A stretch of 64,000 nt of DNA from an uncultured Rickettsiales bacterium (GTDB lineage: Bacteria > Myxococcota_A > UBA796 > UBA9615), in the NCBI GenBank assembly GCA_964344575.1, contig CAYFOA010000009.1, positions 8,458 through 72,457 of the forward strand, given 5' to 3'. Every line of letters begins with the position of its first letter. The first letter of the stretch is position 1. Positions 15,135 to 24,030 of this stretch are shown piece by piece. The position numbers and the translations under genes were made by a program. Under the pieces are notes generated by a model. It had not been told where the DNA came from. It made no database searches and saw nothing but the letters and a program-made list of their open reading frames with translations.

Positions 15135-16418
15135 ATGACCGAACGACGGCGCAGCGCGGAACTCATGAAGAGGGCGACGGCCCGCATCCCCGGCGGGGTC
15201 AACTCACCCGTGCGGGCGTGGTCCGCGGTGGGCGGCAACCCGCCGTTCATCGAGGCCGGGGAGGGCTGCCGCGTGCGCGACGCGGACGGCCGCTGGTACA
15301 TCGACTACGTCGGCTCCTGGGGACCGCTCATCCTCGGCCACCGGCCGCAGGCGGTCACCGACGCGCTCCGCGAGGTGCTGGGGTCGGGGACGAGCTTCGG
15401 GGCGCCGACCGCGCGGGAGGTCGCGTTCGCGGAGACGATCTGCGCCCGCGTCCCCGGCTGCGACCTCGTCCGGCTCGTCAACAGCGGCACCGAGGCGACG
15501 ATGTCGGCGCTCCGGCTGGCCCGCGGGGCGACGGGGCGCGACCTCATCATCAAGTTCGACGGCAACTACCACGGCCACTCCGACGGCCTGCTCGTGGCGG
15601 CGGGCAGCGGCGCGGAGACGCTGGGCCAGCCGAACTCTCCGGGCGTGCCCGCGGCGATCGCGAACCTCACGCTGTCGCTCCCCTACAACGACCCGTCGTC
15701 GCTCACGGCGGCGTTCGCGTCCCACGGATCGGACATCGCCGCGGTCATCTTCGAGCCGGTGGCCGGCAACATGGGCTGCGTCCCCCCCGAGGAGGCGTTC
15801 CTCGACGCGCTGCGGTCGCTCAGCACGGAGCACGGCGCGGTCCTGATCGTGGACGAGGTGATGACGGGCTTCCGCGTGGCGGCGGGGGGCGCGATCGAGC
15901 GCTTCGGCATCGAGGCGGACCTCGTCTGCCTCGGCAAGGTCATCGGCGGCGGCCTGCCGGTGGGGGCGTACGGCGGCAAGGCGTCGCTGATGTCCCAGAT
16001 GGCGCCGTCGGGCCCCGTCTACCAGGCGGGCACGCTGTCGGGGAACCCGCTCGCGGTGGCGGCCGGCCAGGCGATGCTCGACGCCCTCGGCCCCGGCACG
16101 TACGACCGCCTCGAGACGGCCGGCGCGCACCTCGAAGCGGGCATCGCGGACGCGATCGCGAAACACGGCGGCGGCGCCCGCGTCCAGCGGGTCGGGTCGA
16201 TGATGGCGGTCTACTTCCGGGACGAGCCGGTCCGCGACCTGGCCGACGCCCGCACCTGCGACCTCGACCGCTTCGCCCGCGTCTTCCACGCGCTCCTGGA
16301 CCGCGGCGTCTACATCGCCCCGTCGGCCTACGAGGCGGCGTTCGTGAGCACCGCCCACGACGACGCCGCCCTGGACGAGACGATCGCCGCCTGGGACGAG
16401 GCGCTGAAGAGCGGCTGA
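15135..16418 (+). CDS. hemL: Glutamate-1-semialdehyde 2,1-aminomutase
   Basis: 427 aa with class-III aminotransferase motifs (GVNSPVRAW, YIDYVGSWGPLILGH) and the PLP-lysine region. Confidence 0.93.
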   Translation: MTERRRSAELMKRATARIPGGVNSPVRAWSAVGGNPPFIEAGEGCRVRDADGRWYIDYVGSWGPLILGHRPQAVTDALREVLGSGTSFGAPTAREVAFAETICARVPGCDLVRLVNSGTEATMSALRLARGATGRDLIIKFDGNYHGHSDGLLVAAGSGAETLGQPNSPGVPAAIANLTLSLPYNDPSSLTAAFASHGSDIAAVIFEPVAGNMGCVPPEEAFLDALRSLSTEHGAVLIVDEVMTGFRVAAGGAIERFGIEADLVCLGKVIGGGLPVGAYGGKASLMSQMAPSGPVYQAGTLSGNPLAVAAGQAMLDALGPGTYDRLETAGAHLEAGIADAIAKHGGGARVQRVGSMMAVYFRDEPVRDLADARTCDLDRFARVFHALLDRGVYIAPSAYEAAFVSTAHDDAALDETIAAWDEALKSG

Positions 16419-16445
16419 CGCCGTCGCCTCGGTATCCTGGGACCG

Positions 16446-16745
16446 ATGCGGACGTTGACGACCGACATGACGCGCGACGATCTCCGTCCCTACTTCCTGT
16501 GGGACGAGGACGTCAGCGTCGCCGAGCTGCGGGCGATCCTGGCGGGTTCGCACGGAGGAGCCCGTCGGGAGCAGGTCCTCGGCAAGATGCTCCGCGAGGC
16601 CCGGGACACCGACGTGTGGCACTTCGTCACCCCCGAGGAGGTCGCCGCCGAGCTCCCTCGACTCGCCCGGAGACTGGGCCGACGCCGCGCGTTCTGGGAG
16701 TGGTTGATCGAGGGATGGCGGGCCGATGGACTCCTCGCGTCCTAG
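16446..16745 (+). CDS. Small protein overlapping the AbiEii-like gene; putative cognate antitoxin
   Basis: 99-aa ORF whose 3' end overlaps the downstream nucleotidyltransferase gene by 20 nt. I could not assign a family. Confidence 0.5.
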   Translation: MRTLTTDMTRDDLRPYFLWDEDVSVAELRAILAGSHGGARREQVLGKMLREARDTDVWHFVTPEEVAAELPRLARRLGRRRAFWEWLIEGWRADGLLAS

Positions 16746-17376
16746 CCGGCTCACCGGCCTCCAGGAGTCGGTGTTGCGGGAGTTCTTCGCCCGCGACTCG
16801 TCCTTCTTCCTGACCGGCGGCGCCGCGCTGGCCGGGTACCACCTCAGGCACCGTCCCACGGACGACCTGGATCTGTTCACCACGACGGCGGAGGACTGGA
16901 CCGCCGGCCGCCATGTCCTCGCGGACGTCGCGGCGGCGGCGGCGCTGACCGCCGAGATCCTGCGGGACGCCCCCGGCTTCGTCCGCGTCCTGCTGCAGGG
17001 CGAGAGCGAGGCGGTCGTCGTCGACCTGGTCCACGATCGGGCTCCTCAGCTTCTTCCGAAGGAGACGCTGGGCGGGGTGATCGTCGATCCCGTCGAGGAG
17101 ATCGCGGTCAACAAGCTGACGACCGTCCTGTCGCGAGGCGAGGAGCGCGACCTGGTCGATCTGTACTGCCTCGAGCAGGCCGGCGTGGATCTGGAGGCCG
17201 CCGCCTCCCGCGCCGAGCGGAAGGACGGCGGCGCGACGCCCGCGAGCCTCGCCTGGATCCTCTCCGAGATCCGCATCCCCCCCGACCTCGTCCTGCCCGC
17301 CGAGGTCGAGGGCGACGCTCTGGAGGCGTGGCGCGAGGGTTTGGTCAGCCGCCTCCGCCGGCTCGCCCACCCCTAG
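16726..17376 (+). CDS. AbiEii/DUF1814-type nucleotidyltransferase (type IV TA / abortive-infection toxin family)
   Basis: Pol-beta-fold NTase motif GG-x9-DDLDLF (FFLTGGAALAGYHLRHRPTDDLDLFTTT). Size and layout match AbiEii. Confidence 0.65.
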   Translation: MDSSRPSRLTGLQESVLREFFARDSSFFLTGGAALAGYHLRHRPTDDLDLFTTTAEDWTAGRHVLADVAAAAALTAEILRDAPGFVRVLLQGESEAVVVDLVHDRAPQLLPKETLGGVIVDPVEEIAVNKLTTVLSRGEERDLVDLYCLEQAGVDLEAAASRAERKDGGATPASLAWILSEIRIPPDLVLPAEVEGDALEAWREGLVSRLRRLAHP

Positions 17377-17696
17377 GCTGCCTGCTTGACCAGGGCGTCG
17401 AGGCGGGGGCCGTTGTGGACTCCGGCGGCGCCGCCGACCAGCTTGCCGTCCACGAACAAGGCGATCGTGGGGACGGAGCGGATCCCGTAGCGAGAGGCCG
17501 TGCCGGGTGCGCTGTCGACGTCCACGCCGACGACCTTGACCTCGGGGTTCTCCGCTGCCCAGCGCTCCAACAGGGGGAGCTGCATCTTGCAGGGGCCGCA
17601 CCAACTCGCGCTGAAGTCGACGACCACGGGGCCGGTCGCCTCGAGGACGTGGGCGCCGAAGTCGGCGTCGGTGACGTGGGTGATGTGCTCGGTCAT
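17373..17696 (-). CDS. trxA: Thioredoxin
   Basis: 107 aa with the WCGPC active site. Confidence 0.92.
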   Translation of the reverse strand: MTEHITHVTDADFGAHVLEATGPVVVDFSASWCGPCKMQLPLLERWAAENPEVKVVGVDVDSAPGTASRYGIRSVPTIALFVDGKLVGGAAGVHNGPRLDALVKQAA

Positions 17697-17751
17697 GCGT
17701 CGTGTCTCCTTCGAAGGTCGTGAGCCAACGACGCGCGGGAGTGTGACCGCG

Positions 17752-18906
17752 TTACTCGAGGTAGTTCAGCGCGTGGCCCGTGTTGAAGATGACGGCGACC
17801 TCGTTCCGGGCGATCCAGCCGCTGCTCCTCAGCTGCCTCGCCGCCGCCACGCAGGCGCCGCCTTCGGGGCTGCCCTGGAGGCCCAGCTTCGTCGCCATCG
17901 CCTTCGTCCCCGCCAGGAGGTCCGGCTCGTCGATCGCGATGGCCGTTCCACGTGAAGCGAACAGGCACTGCAGCATCAGGAAGTCGCCGAGCGCGCCGGG
18001 GACGCGGAGGCCGTACGCCGCCGTCTTCTTCGGGTTCCGGATCGGGTCTGCGCCGTCGCGCCGCTTCCGCTTGAACGCCTTCACGATCGGGGCGCAGCCG
18101 CTCGTCTGGACCACCACCATGCGCGGGCGCTCGGGGCCGATCCAGCCCAGCGCCTCCATCTCGTCGAACGCCTTCCACATCCCGATCAGCCCCGTCCCCC
18201 CGCCCGTCGGGTAGAGGATCACGTCCGGCAGCCGCCCCAGGTCGTAGAGCAGCTCGTAGCCCATCACCTTCTTGCCCTCGATCCGGTACGGCTCCCGGAG
18301 CGTCGACAGCGGGAACCAGCCCTGCTCCTCCGCCACCGGCTTCAGGGCGGCGCCCGCGTCCGCGATCGTCCCCTTCACCGTGACCACGTGCGCCCCCAGG
18401 GCGCGGACCTCGGCGAGGATCGGGGCCGGCGTCGACGCGGGGACGTAGACGTGGACGTCGAGCCCGTGGAGCGCCCCGTAGGCCGCCGCCGCCGCGCCCG
18501 CGTTGCCCGCCGACGGCAGGCACACCCTGCCGATGCCGAGCTCCCGCGCCCGCGCCGTCGCCAGCGCCATCCCCCGCGCCTTGAAGCTGCACGTCGGGTT
18601 CTGCGCCTCGTCCTTGATCAGCAGGTTCGGCAGGTCCAGGTCCACCCCCAGCCCGTGCCCCCGCAGCAGCGGCGTCGCCCCCTCCCCCAGCGTCGGCATG
18701 TCCGCCCCCTGGACCGGCGACAGCTCCGGCAGCCGCGCCTGCCCGGGCCGCCGTGTCAGCACCGTCCGGAGCGCCACCCGCCCCGGCTCGATCGCGTACC
18801 GCGCGAGCAGCGGACCGCCGCACTCGGTGCACGTCCGCCAGGGCCTGCGGAAGTCGTAGCGGGCCTCGCAGCGGCCGCATTGCAGGTGGGTCAGGAGGGA
18901 GCGCAC
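17752..18906 (-). CDS. thrC: Threonine synthase (PLP-dependent, with N-terminal Cys4 zinc ribbon)
   Basis: Fold-type II PLP motif SFKARGMALA and an N-terminal CxxC...CxxC ribbon. 384 aa. Confidence 0.8.
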   Translation of the reverse strand: MRSLLTHLQCGRCEARYDFRRPWRTCTECGGPLLARYAIEPGRVALRTVLTRRPGQARLPELSPVQGADMPTLGEGATPLLRGHGLGVDLDLPNLLIKDEAQNPTCSFKARGMALATARARELGIGRVCLPSAGNAGAAAAAYGALHGLDVHVYVPASTPAPILAEVRALGAHVVTVKGTIADAGAALKPVAEEQGWFPLSTLREPYRIEGKKVMGYELLYDLGRLPDVILYPTGGGTGLIGMWKAFDEMEALGWIGPERPRMVVVQTSGCAPIVKAFKRKRRDGADPIRNPKKTAAYGLRVPGALGDFLMLQCLFASRGTAIAIDEPDLLAGTKAMATKLGLQGSPEGGACVAAARQLRSSGWIARNEVAVIFNTGHALNYLE

Positions 18907-18932
18907 CGCGGGAGGATAGACTCCCCGGACCC

Positions 18933-19289
18933 GTGTCCAAGTCCCTGCTCCAACAACTCGACGAGGAGTTCGGCCTCGGCCTCAAGCCGGGTCAGGACGA
19001 GCGCCGCATCGCCCTGCGACGGGCCTGCGTCGCCCCGGCGATCCTCGTCCCCGTCGACGCCGCCGGGGCCCGCGACGAGGACGGCCGCCGCGACGGCATC
19101 GCCCTGGACGTCAGCGAGGGGGGCGTCCGCGTCGTCAGCAAGGCGCGGCTGGAGGCGCCGGCGCTGGAGATCCGGATCCCCCGCGCCGAGGCCGAGTCCA
19201 TCGTCCTCGTCGGCGACGTCGTGCGCTTCCGCGAGCTGGCGAGCGGCTACACGGAGTACGGGCTGAGGCTGCGGGCTACCGGAACCTGA
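18933..19289 (+). CDS. Standalone PilZ-domain protein (c-di-GMP receptor family)
   Basis: RRIALRR ... DVSEGGVRV, which fits the RxxxR / DxSxxG PilZ signature. The GTG at 18933 is the likely start rather than the ORF-track ATG at 18753, which lies inside thrC. Confidence 0.6.
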   Translation: MSKSLLQQLDEEFGLGLKPGQDERRIALRRACVAPAILVPVDAAGARDEDGRRDGIALDVSEGGVRVVSKARLEAPALEIRIPRAEAESIVLVGDVVRFRELASGYTEYGLRLRATGT

Positions 19290-19902
19290 GCATCTGCCAG
19301 GGCGACGGCCCCTCGCTGCCGCCCCGCTTGTCCCCCGCGATGTCCGCGTTCGGGCGCTGCTCGGAGATGCCGTCGTAGTAGTAGCTCGGGAGCTCGCCGC
19401 AGTTCGTCGCGCGGAACCGCTCCTCGACCTCGCCGTAGAAGATCGACCCCTGGATGCGGTCGTCCGTGAACGAGGTGATCTCCGACGACCCCTCGTTCGA
19501 CGGTACGGGCACCCCCTCCTCGTCGTACCCGTTGATGAACGACGTGCACAGCGCGTCGGCCCACTGGTAGCTGTTGTAGGCCTCGCAGTCGGGCGAGTAG
19601 CGGGACGGGTAGTCCCCCTCCCACTCGCGCTGGTCGCCGCGGATCAGGTAGGCGAGCAGCCACTCGTTGTCGTCGTCGTTGAAGCCGTAGCCGGTGCCGT
19701 TCTCGCACCCGAAGTCGTCCTCCCGGGGGAGGAACAGGTAGAGCACCCACGCGTTGCTGTACGGGTAGTACCGGTACGCCGCGACGGCCTCGCCGTAGCT
19801 GCCCCCGATGCTGTCGGCGTTCGGGTGGTTGTCGCGCACCGGGGGGCACCCCAGCAGCGACGCGACGAGGACGGCCCACAGCGCGAGTCGGACGGACTTC
19901 AT
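19276..19902 (-). CDS. Hypothetical lipoprotein (Y/W/D/E-rich, 4 Cys)
   Basis: Signal peptide with a LLGC lipobox and protein-like composition. It overlaps the PilZ gene convergently by 14 nt. Confidence 0.6.
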   Translation of the reverse strand: MKSVRLALWAVLVASLLGCPPVRDNHPNADSIGGSYGEAVAAYRYYPYSNAWVLYLFLPREDDFGCENGTGYGFNDDDNEWLLAYLIRGDQREWEGDYPSRYSPDCEAYNSYQWADALCTSFINGYDEEGVPVPSNEGSSEITSFTDDRIQGSIFYGEVEERFRATNCGELPSYYYDGISEQRPNADIAGDKRGGSEGPSPWQMLRFR

Positions 19903-19954
19903 GGGCGGAGCCTACCGCGAACCGGACCGGTCGCCTCGCGTAGGATCGTGCCCC

Positions 19955-22900
19955 GTGGCGCACGTGACGTTCCAGGGGACGGACCGCTTCGACGTCCTGG
20001 GGACGCTCGGCATGGGCGGCATGGGCGTCGTCTACCGCGCCCTCGATCGCGCCTCCGGCCGGGAGGTCGCGTTGAAGACGACCCACAAGCCGGGTCCCCG
20101 CGCGCTGTACACGCTGAAGCGGGAGTTCCGGTCCCGCGCCGAGGTCCGCCACCCCAACCTCGTCTCCCTCCACGACCTCGTCATCGAGGGGGAGCACTGC
20201 TTCTTCACCATGGAGCTGGTCGAGGGGGGGCGGACATGCTGAGCTGGATTCTCGGCGAGGCGATGGCCCCCGTGGGGACGACCTACAGCCTCGGCGCGGA
20301 CACCGAGAAGCACCCCGTCTGCGGGACGGACGCCGACGAGAGCCGCCCCCACCCCGACGGCGGTGCCCTGCGGCGGCTGCGCGAGACCACCGCGCAGCTC
20401 CTGGAGGCGCTCCAGGCGCTCCACGGGGGCGGCGTGGTGCACGCGGACGTCAAGCCCAGCAACGTCCTCGTCCGGCCCGACGGCAAGGTGCTGCTGTCGG
20501 ACTTCGGGCTCGCGGTGATGACGTCCGACATCGAGTCGAGCACGACCGGCGAGATCGTCGGCTCCATCCCCTACATGGCGCCCGAGCAGGCGGAGTCCCG
20601 GAGGCCCACCGCGGCCGCCGACCTGTACGCCGTGGGGGTGATGATCTACGAGGTCCTCGCGGGCCGCCGGCCGTTCATGGGGGAGCCGCTGAGGATCCTC
20701 GCCAACAAGGCCCGCAAGGACGCCCCGCCCGTCCGCAGCCACGCCCCCGACGCCCCGGAGGACCTCGCCGATCTCGCCGACTCCCTGCTCCGCCGCGAGC
20801 CCGAGGAGCGCCCCTCGGCGGAGGAGGCGCTGCTCGTCCTGCGGGGCGGCCCCGAGGAGGAGGAGCCGGAGCTCGACCGGACGGTCGTCATGGTCCCCGT
20901 GGCCCAGTTCGTGGGCCGGAACGCCGAGCTCGCCGTGCTCCGGGGGGCGTCGGCGCGGCGCGGCCGGCAGCGGACCGTCCTCGTCTCGGGCCGCTCCGGC
21001 ATCGGCAAGTCCCACCTCATCCGGCACTTCGCGTCGGAGCTCCGGAACGACGGCTGGTGGGTCCTCCGCGGCCGCTGCCACCCCGCCGAGAACCTCCCCT
21101 TCAAGGCGCTGGACGGGGTCGTCGACGCGCTGAGCCACCACCTCGCCAGCCTCCCCGGACGCGCCCAGCGCGAGGTCGCGCCGCGGCACACGGGCGCGCT
21201 CTTCCGGCTCTTTCCGGTGCTGGAGCGGGTCGCGGGCCTCGCCGAGGCCCCCCGGAACCGGCTCCCCGCCGACCCCGTGCTCGTCCAGCGGCAGGGGTTC
21301 GCGGCGCTCCGGGAGCTCTTCGCGCGGCTCGCCGAGCGGCGCCCCGTGGCGGTCTGGATCGACGACCTCCAGTGGGGCGACATCGACTCCTTGCCCCTGC
21401 TCCGGGAGCTCCTCCGGGAGCCCGACCCGCCGCCGCTGCTCCTCCTGGTCTCGTTCCGGGCGGAGGACCGGGAGACGAGCCCGCTGCTGACCCGCCTGCT
21501 CGACCGGGGCCGCCCGGGGACGTTCGTGGACGAGATCCAGGTCGGTCCGCTCTCGGACAAGGACAGCCGCGCGCTGGCCACGGGGCTCCTCCGTTCGATG
21601 GACGCGGACGAGGCGAGCCTCGCCGGCAAGGCCATCGCGGGGCAGGCCGGGGGGTCGCCCTTCCTCCTCGGCGAGATGGCCCGCTTCGTCGCCCACGGGC
21701 ACGCCACCGGGCCGGAGCTGCTGGGGGACGTCGTCACCGGCCGGCTCGACGAGCTCACCGAGGACGAGCAGCGCCTCCTCGGGGTCGTCGCCGTCGCGGG
21801 GCAACCGCTGTCGGAGTGGGTCGCGTGGGCGGCGGCGGAGTCGGGGCCGACGGGGATCGAGGTCGTCCGGAGCCTCGGCGAGGCGTCGCTGCTGCGGGTC
21901 TCCGAGGGCCCCTCGGGGCGCCTCCTCGACGCCTACCACGACCGCATCCGGGAGACGCTGCTGGAGCGGATCGCGGGCGAGGAGCTGAGGTCGATCCACC
22001 GCCACATCGCCGTCGCCATGCGGGATGTCCCCGACCCCGATCCCGAGGCGCTGCTGGAGCACTGGCTCGGCGCCGGGGAGCGGGCCCACGCCGCGGACGC
22101 CGCGCTCAAGGCGGCCGGCCGGGCCGAGGAGCAGCTCGCCTTCGAGCGGGCCGCCGCGCTGCTGGAGCGGTGCATCGAGCTGGAGCCGTCGTCGGCTCCG
22201 CTGTGGGAGCTCCGGGACCGCCGCGCCCGCTGCCTCGCCAACGCCGGGCTCGGGCTGGAGGCCGCCGAGCAGTGGGAGACGGCCGCCCTGGAGCTGCAGC
22301 GGACGGACGACGTCGCCCCGGACCTGCTCCGGTTGAGGAGCCTCGCGTGCGAGTTCCGGCTCCGGTGGATGGACCTCCGCGGGGCCGGCGCGCCGCTGCG
22401 GGAGGTGCTCCGCGCCGTCCGCATCCGCGTCCCGGGATCGACGGGCGGGCGCGTCCTCGCCGCGCTCGCGCTGCGGACCTGGATCCGGCTCCGGGGGATG
22501 CGCCACAGCGTCGGCGGCGGCCGGATCACCGAGGAGCAGCACCGCGAGCTGGAGGCGCTGTGGCGCGTCTTCCGGATCATCTCGCTGGTCAACCCCCTGC
22601 TGTCCGACGTCCTCGGCCTCCGCTACGTCCTCCGCGCGCTCCCCAGCGGCGACCCGTCGGCGATGGCGCGGGCCTTCTGCCAGGAGGTCGGGTACGGCTC
22701 GATGCTGGGCAGCGAGCGCTACCTGAAGGGCGTCGAGGCCAGGCTCGCGACGACCGCCGAGCTGGCCGAGAAGTCCGGCGATCCGCACGACCTCGCGCTG
22801 GTCGAGATCAACAGCGGCGTCGTCGGGATGTGCACGTCGGACTGGCGTCGCCTGGCGGAGGCGGGGGAGCGGGCGGCCGCGCGGTGGGAGACGGAGTGCG

Positions 22901-23703
22901 TGGGCGAGCAGTGGTACGTCGCGCTGGGCCGCGCGTGGAGCGCGCTGGGCTACACGTGGCTGGGGGAGCTGGCGACGTCGCGGTCGATGATCGAGGCGGG
23001 GATCGCCGAGGCGGAGCGGCGCGGCGACGGCTGGTGCAAGGCGACGTACTGGCTGGGGGAGTCGACGATCGCGCTCCTCGCGGTCGAGGGGGGCGAGGCC
23101 CGCGTCCGCGCCCTGCTGCAGGACGCCCGCGGCACGCTCGGCCCCCAGGACGCCGGCTGGGTCCAGTCCGCGTACAACGTCCAGTCCCTCGCGCTGGTGG
23201 TCTCCGAGGTGCTGCTGGACCTCTGGGAGGACGACGCCCTCGGCGCCTGGCACCGGCTGTCCGGGGAGTGGGGGGCGGTGCGGCGGAGCGGCTACCTGCT
23301 GTGCCGGTTCATCCGCGAGTGGGCCCGGTTCCGGCTGGGCGGCGCGGCGGTCGCGGCGTCGGCGACGGGAGGGCCCAAGGCGGACCAGCAGCGGCGGGTC
23401 GCGGGCCGGCAGGCGAAGGTCCTCGCCAAGGACAAGGGCCGCATCGGCGAGCCGCTGAGCCACCTCCTCCGGGGGGCGCTGGCGGCGCAGGCGGGGGACG
23501 TGGAGCAGGCGCGGACGCACCTCGTCGCCGCGGAGGGCGGCTTCGATCGCCTCGGGCTGCGCGGCCACCTGGCGGCGACGCGGGCGCGGATGGTCGCGCT
23601 GGGGATGGACGATCGCCGGACGCCGGCCCAGCGCTGGTTCATCGCCGAGGGGGTGCGGGACCGCGAGCGGTTCTGCCGGGTGATGGCCCCCGGCTTCCCC
23701 TGA
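19955..23703 (+). pseudogene. Ser/Thr protein kinase + AAA/P-loop NTPase + TPR-like helical domain (STAND-like regulator), frameshifted in a G7 run
   Basis: Kinase subdomains: FQGTDRFDVLGTLGMGGMGVVYRALD...VALKT, then HADVKPSNVLV, DFGLA and APEQ. The frame switches from frame 2 to frame 1 inside the G run at 20224-20230, where one missing G restores ...ELVEGGADMLSW.... This is followed by the P-loop GRSGIGKSHLIRHF and helical repeats. Confidence 0.8.
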
Positions 23704-24021
23704 TCACTCGACGGTGGCGTCCATGTCGATCGAGATCGCCTTGATCCGCTCGCGCGACCGGAGCAGCTCCTCGTCCGCCCACTCCACCAGCGTCTGCGCG
23801 ACGCGCGCCTTCAGCGCCGGCGACTTCAGGTGTTCGAGCATCCCCGAGCGGTCCAGCGCGTCGGCAAGCTGGGGGGTGATCTCCAGCTTGATGATGCAGG
23901 GGTCGGCTTCCTCGCGGATCAACCGCCGGATGTAGCCCGAGACGGTCTCGCCGCTGGCCTGCGCCGACGCGAGCTCCGCCTCCTCGATCGTGATGTTGAT
24001 CCGTTTGACGCTCATCACCAC
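23704..24021 (-). CDS. Ribbon-helix-helix (CopG/Arc-like) DNA-binding protein with C-terminal extension
   Basis: N-terminus KRINITIEEAELASAQASGETVSGYIRRLIREE fits RHH. It lies 9 nt downstream of the TonB-dependent receptor gene on the same strand. Confidence 0.55.
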   Translation of the reverse strand: MVMSVKRINITIEEAELASAQASGETVSGYIRRLIREEADPCIIKLEITPQLADALDRSGMLEHLKSPALKARVAQTLVEWADEELLRSRERIKAISIDMDATVE

Positions 24022-24030
24022 GAGTATGCC

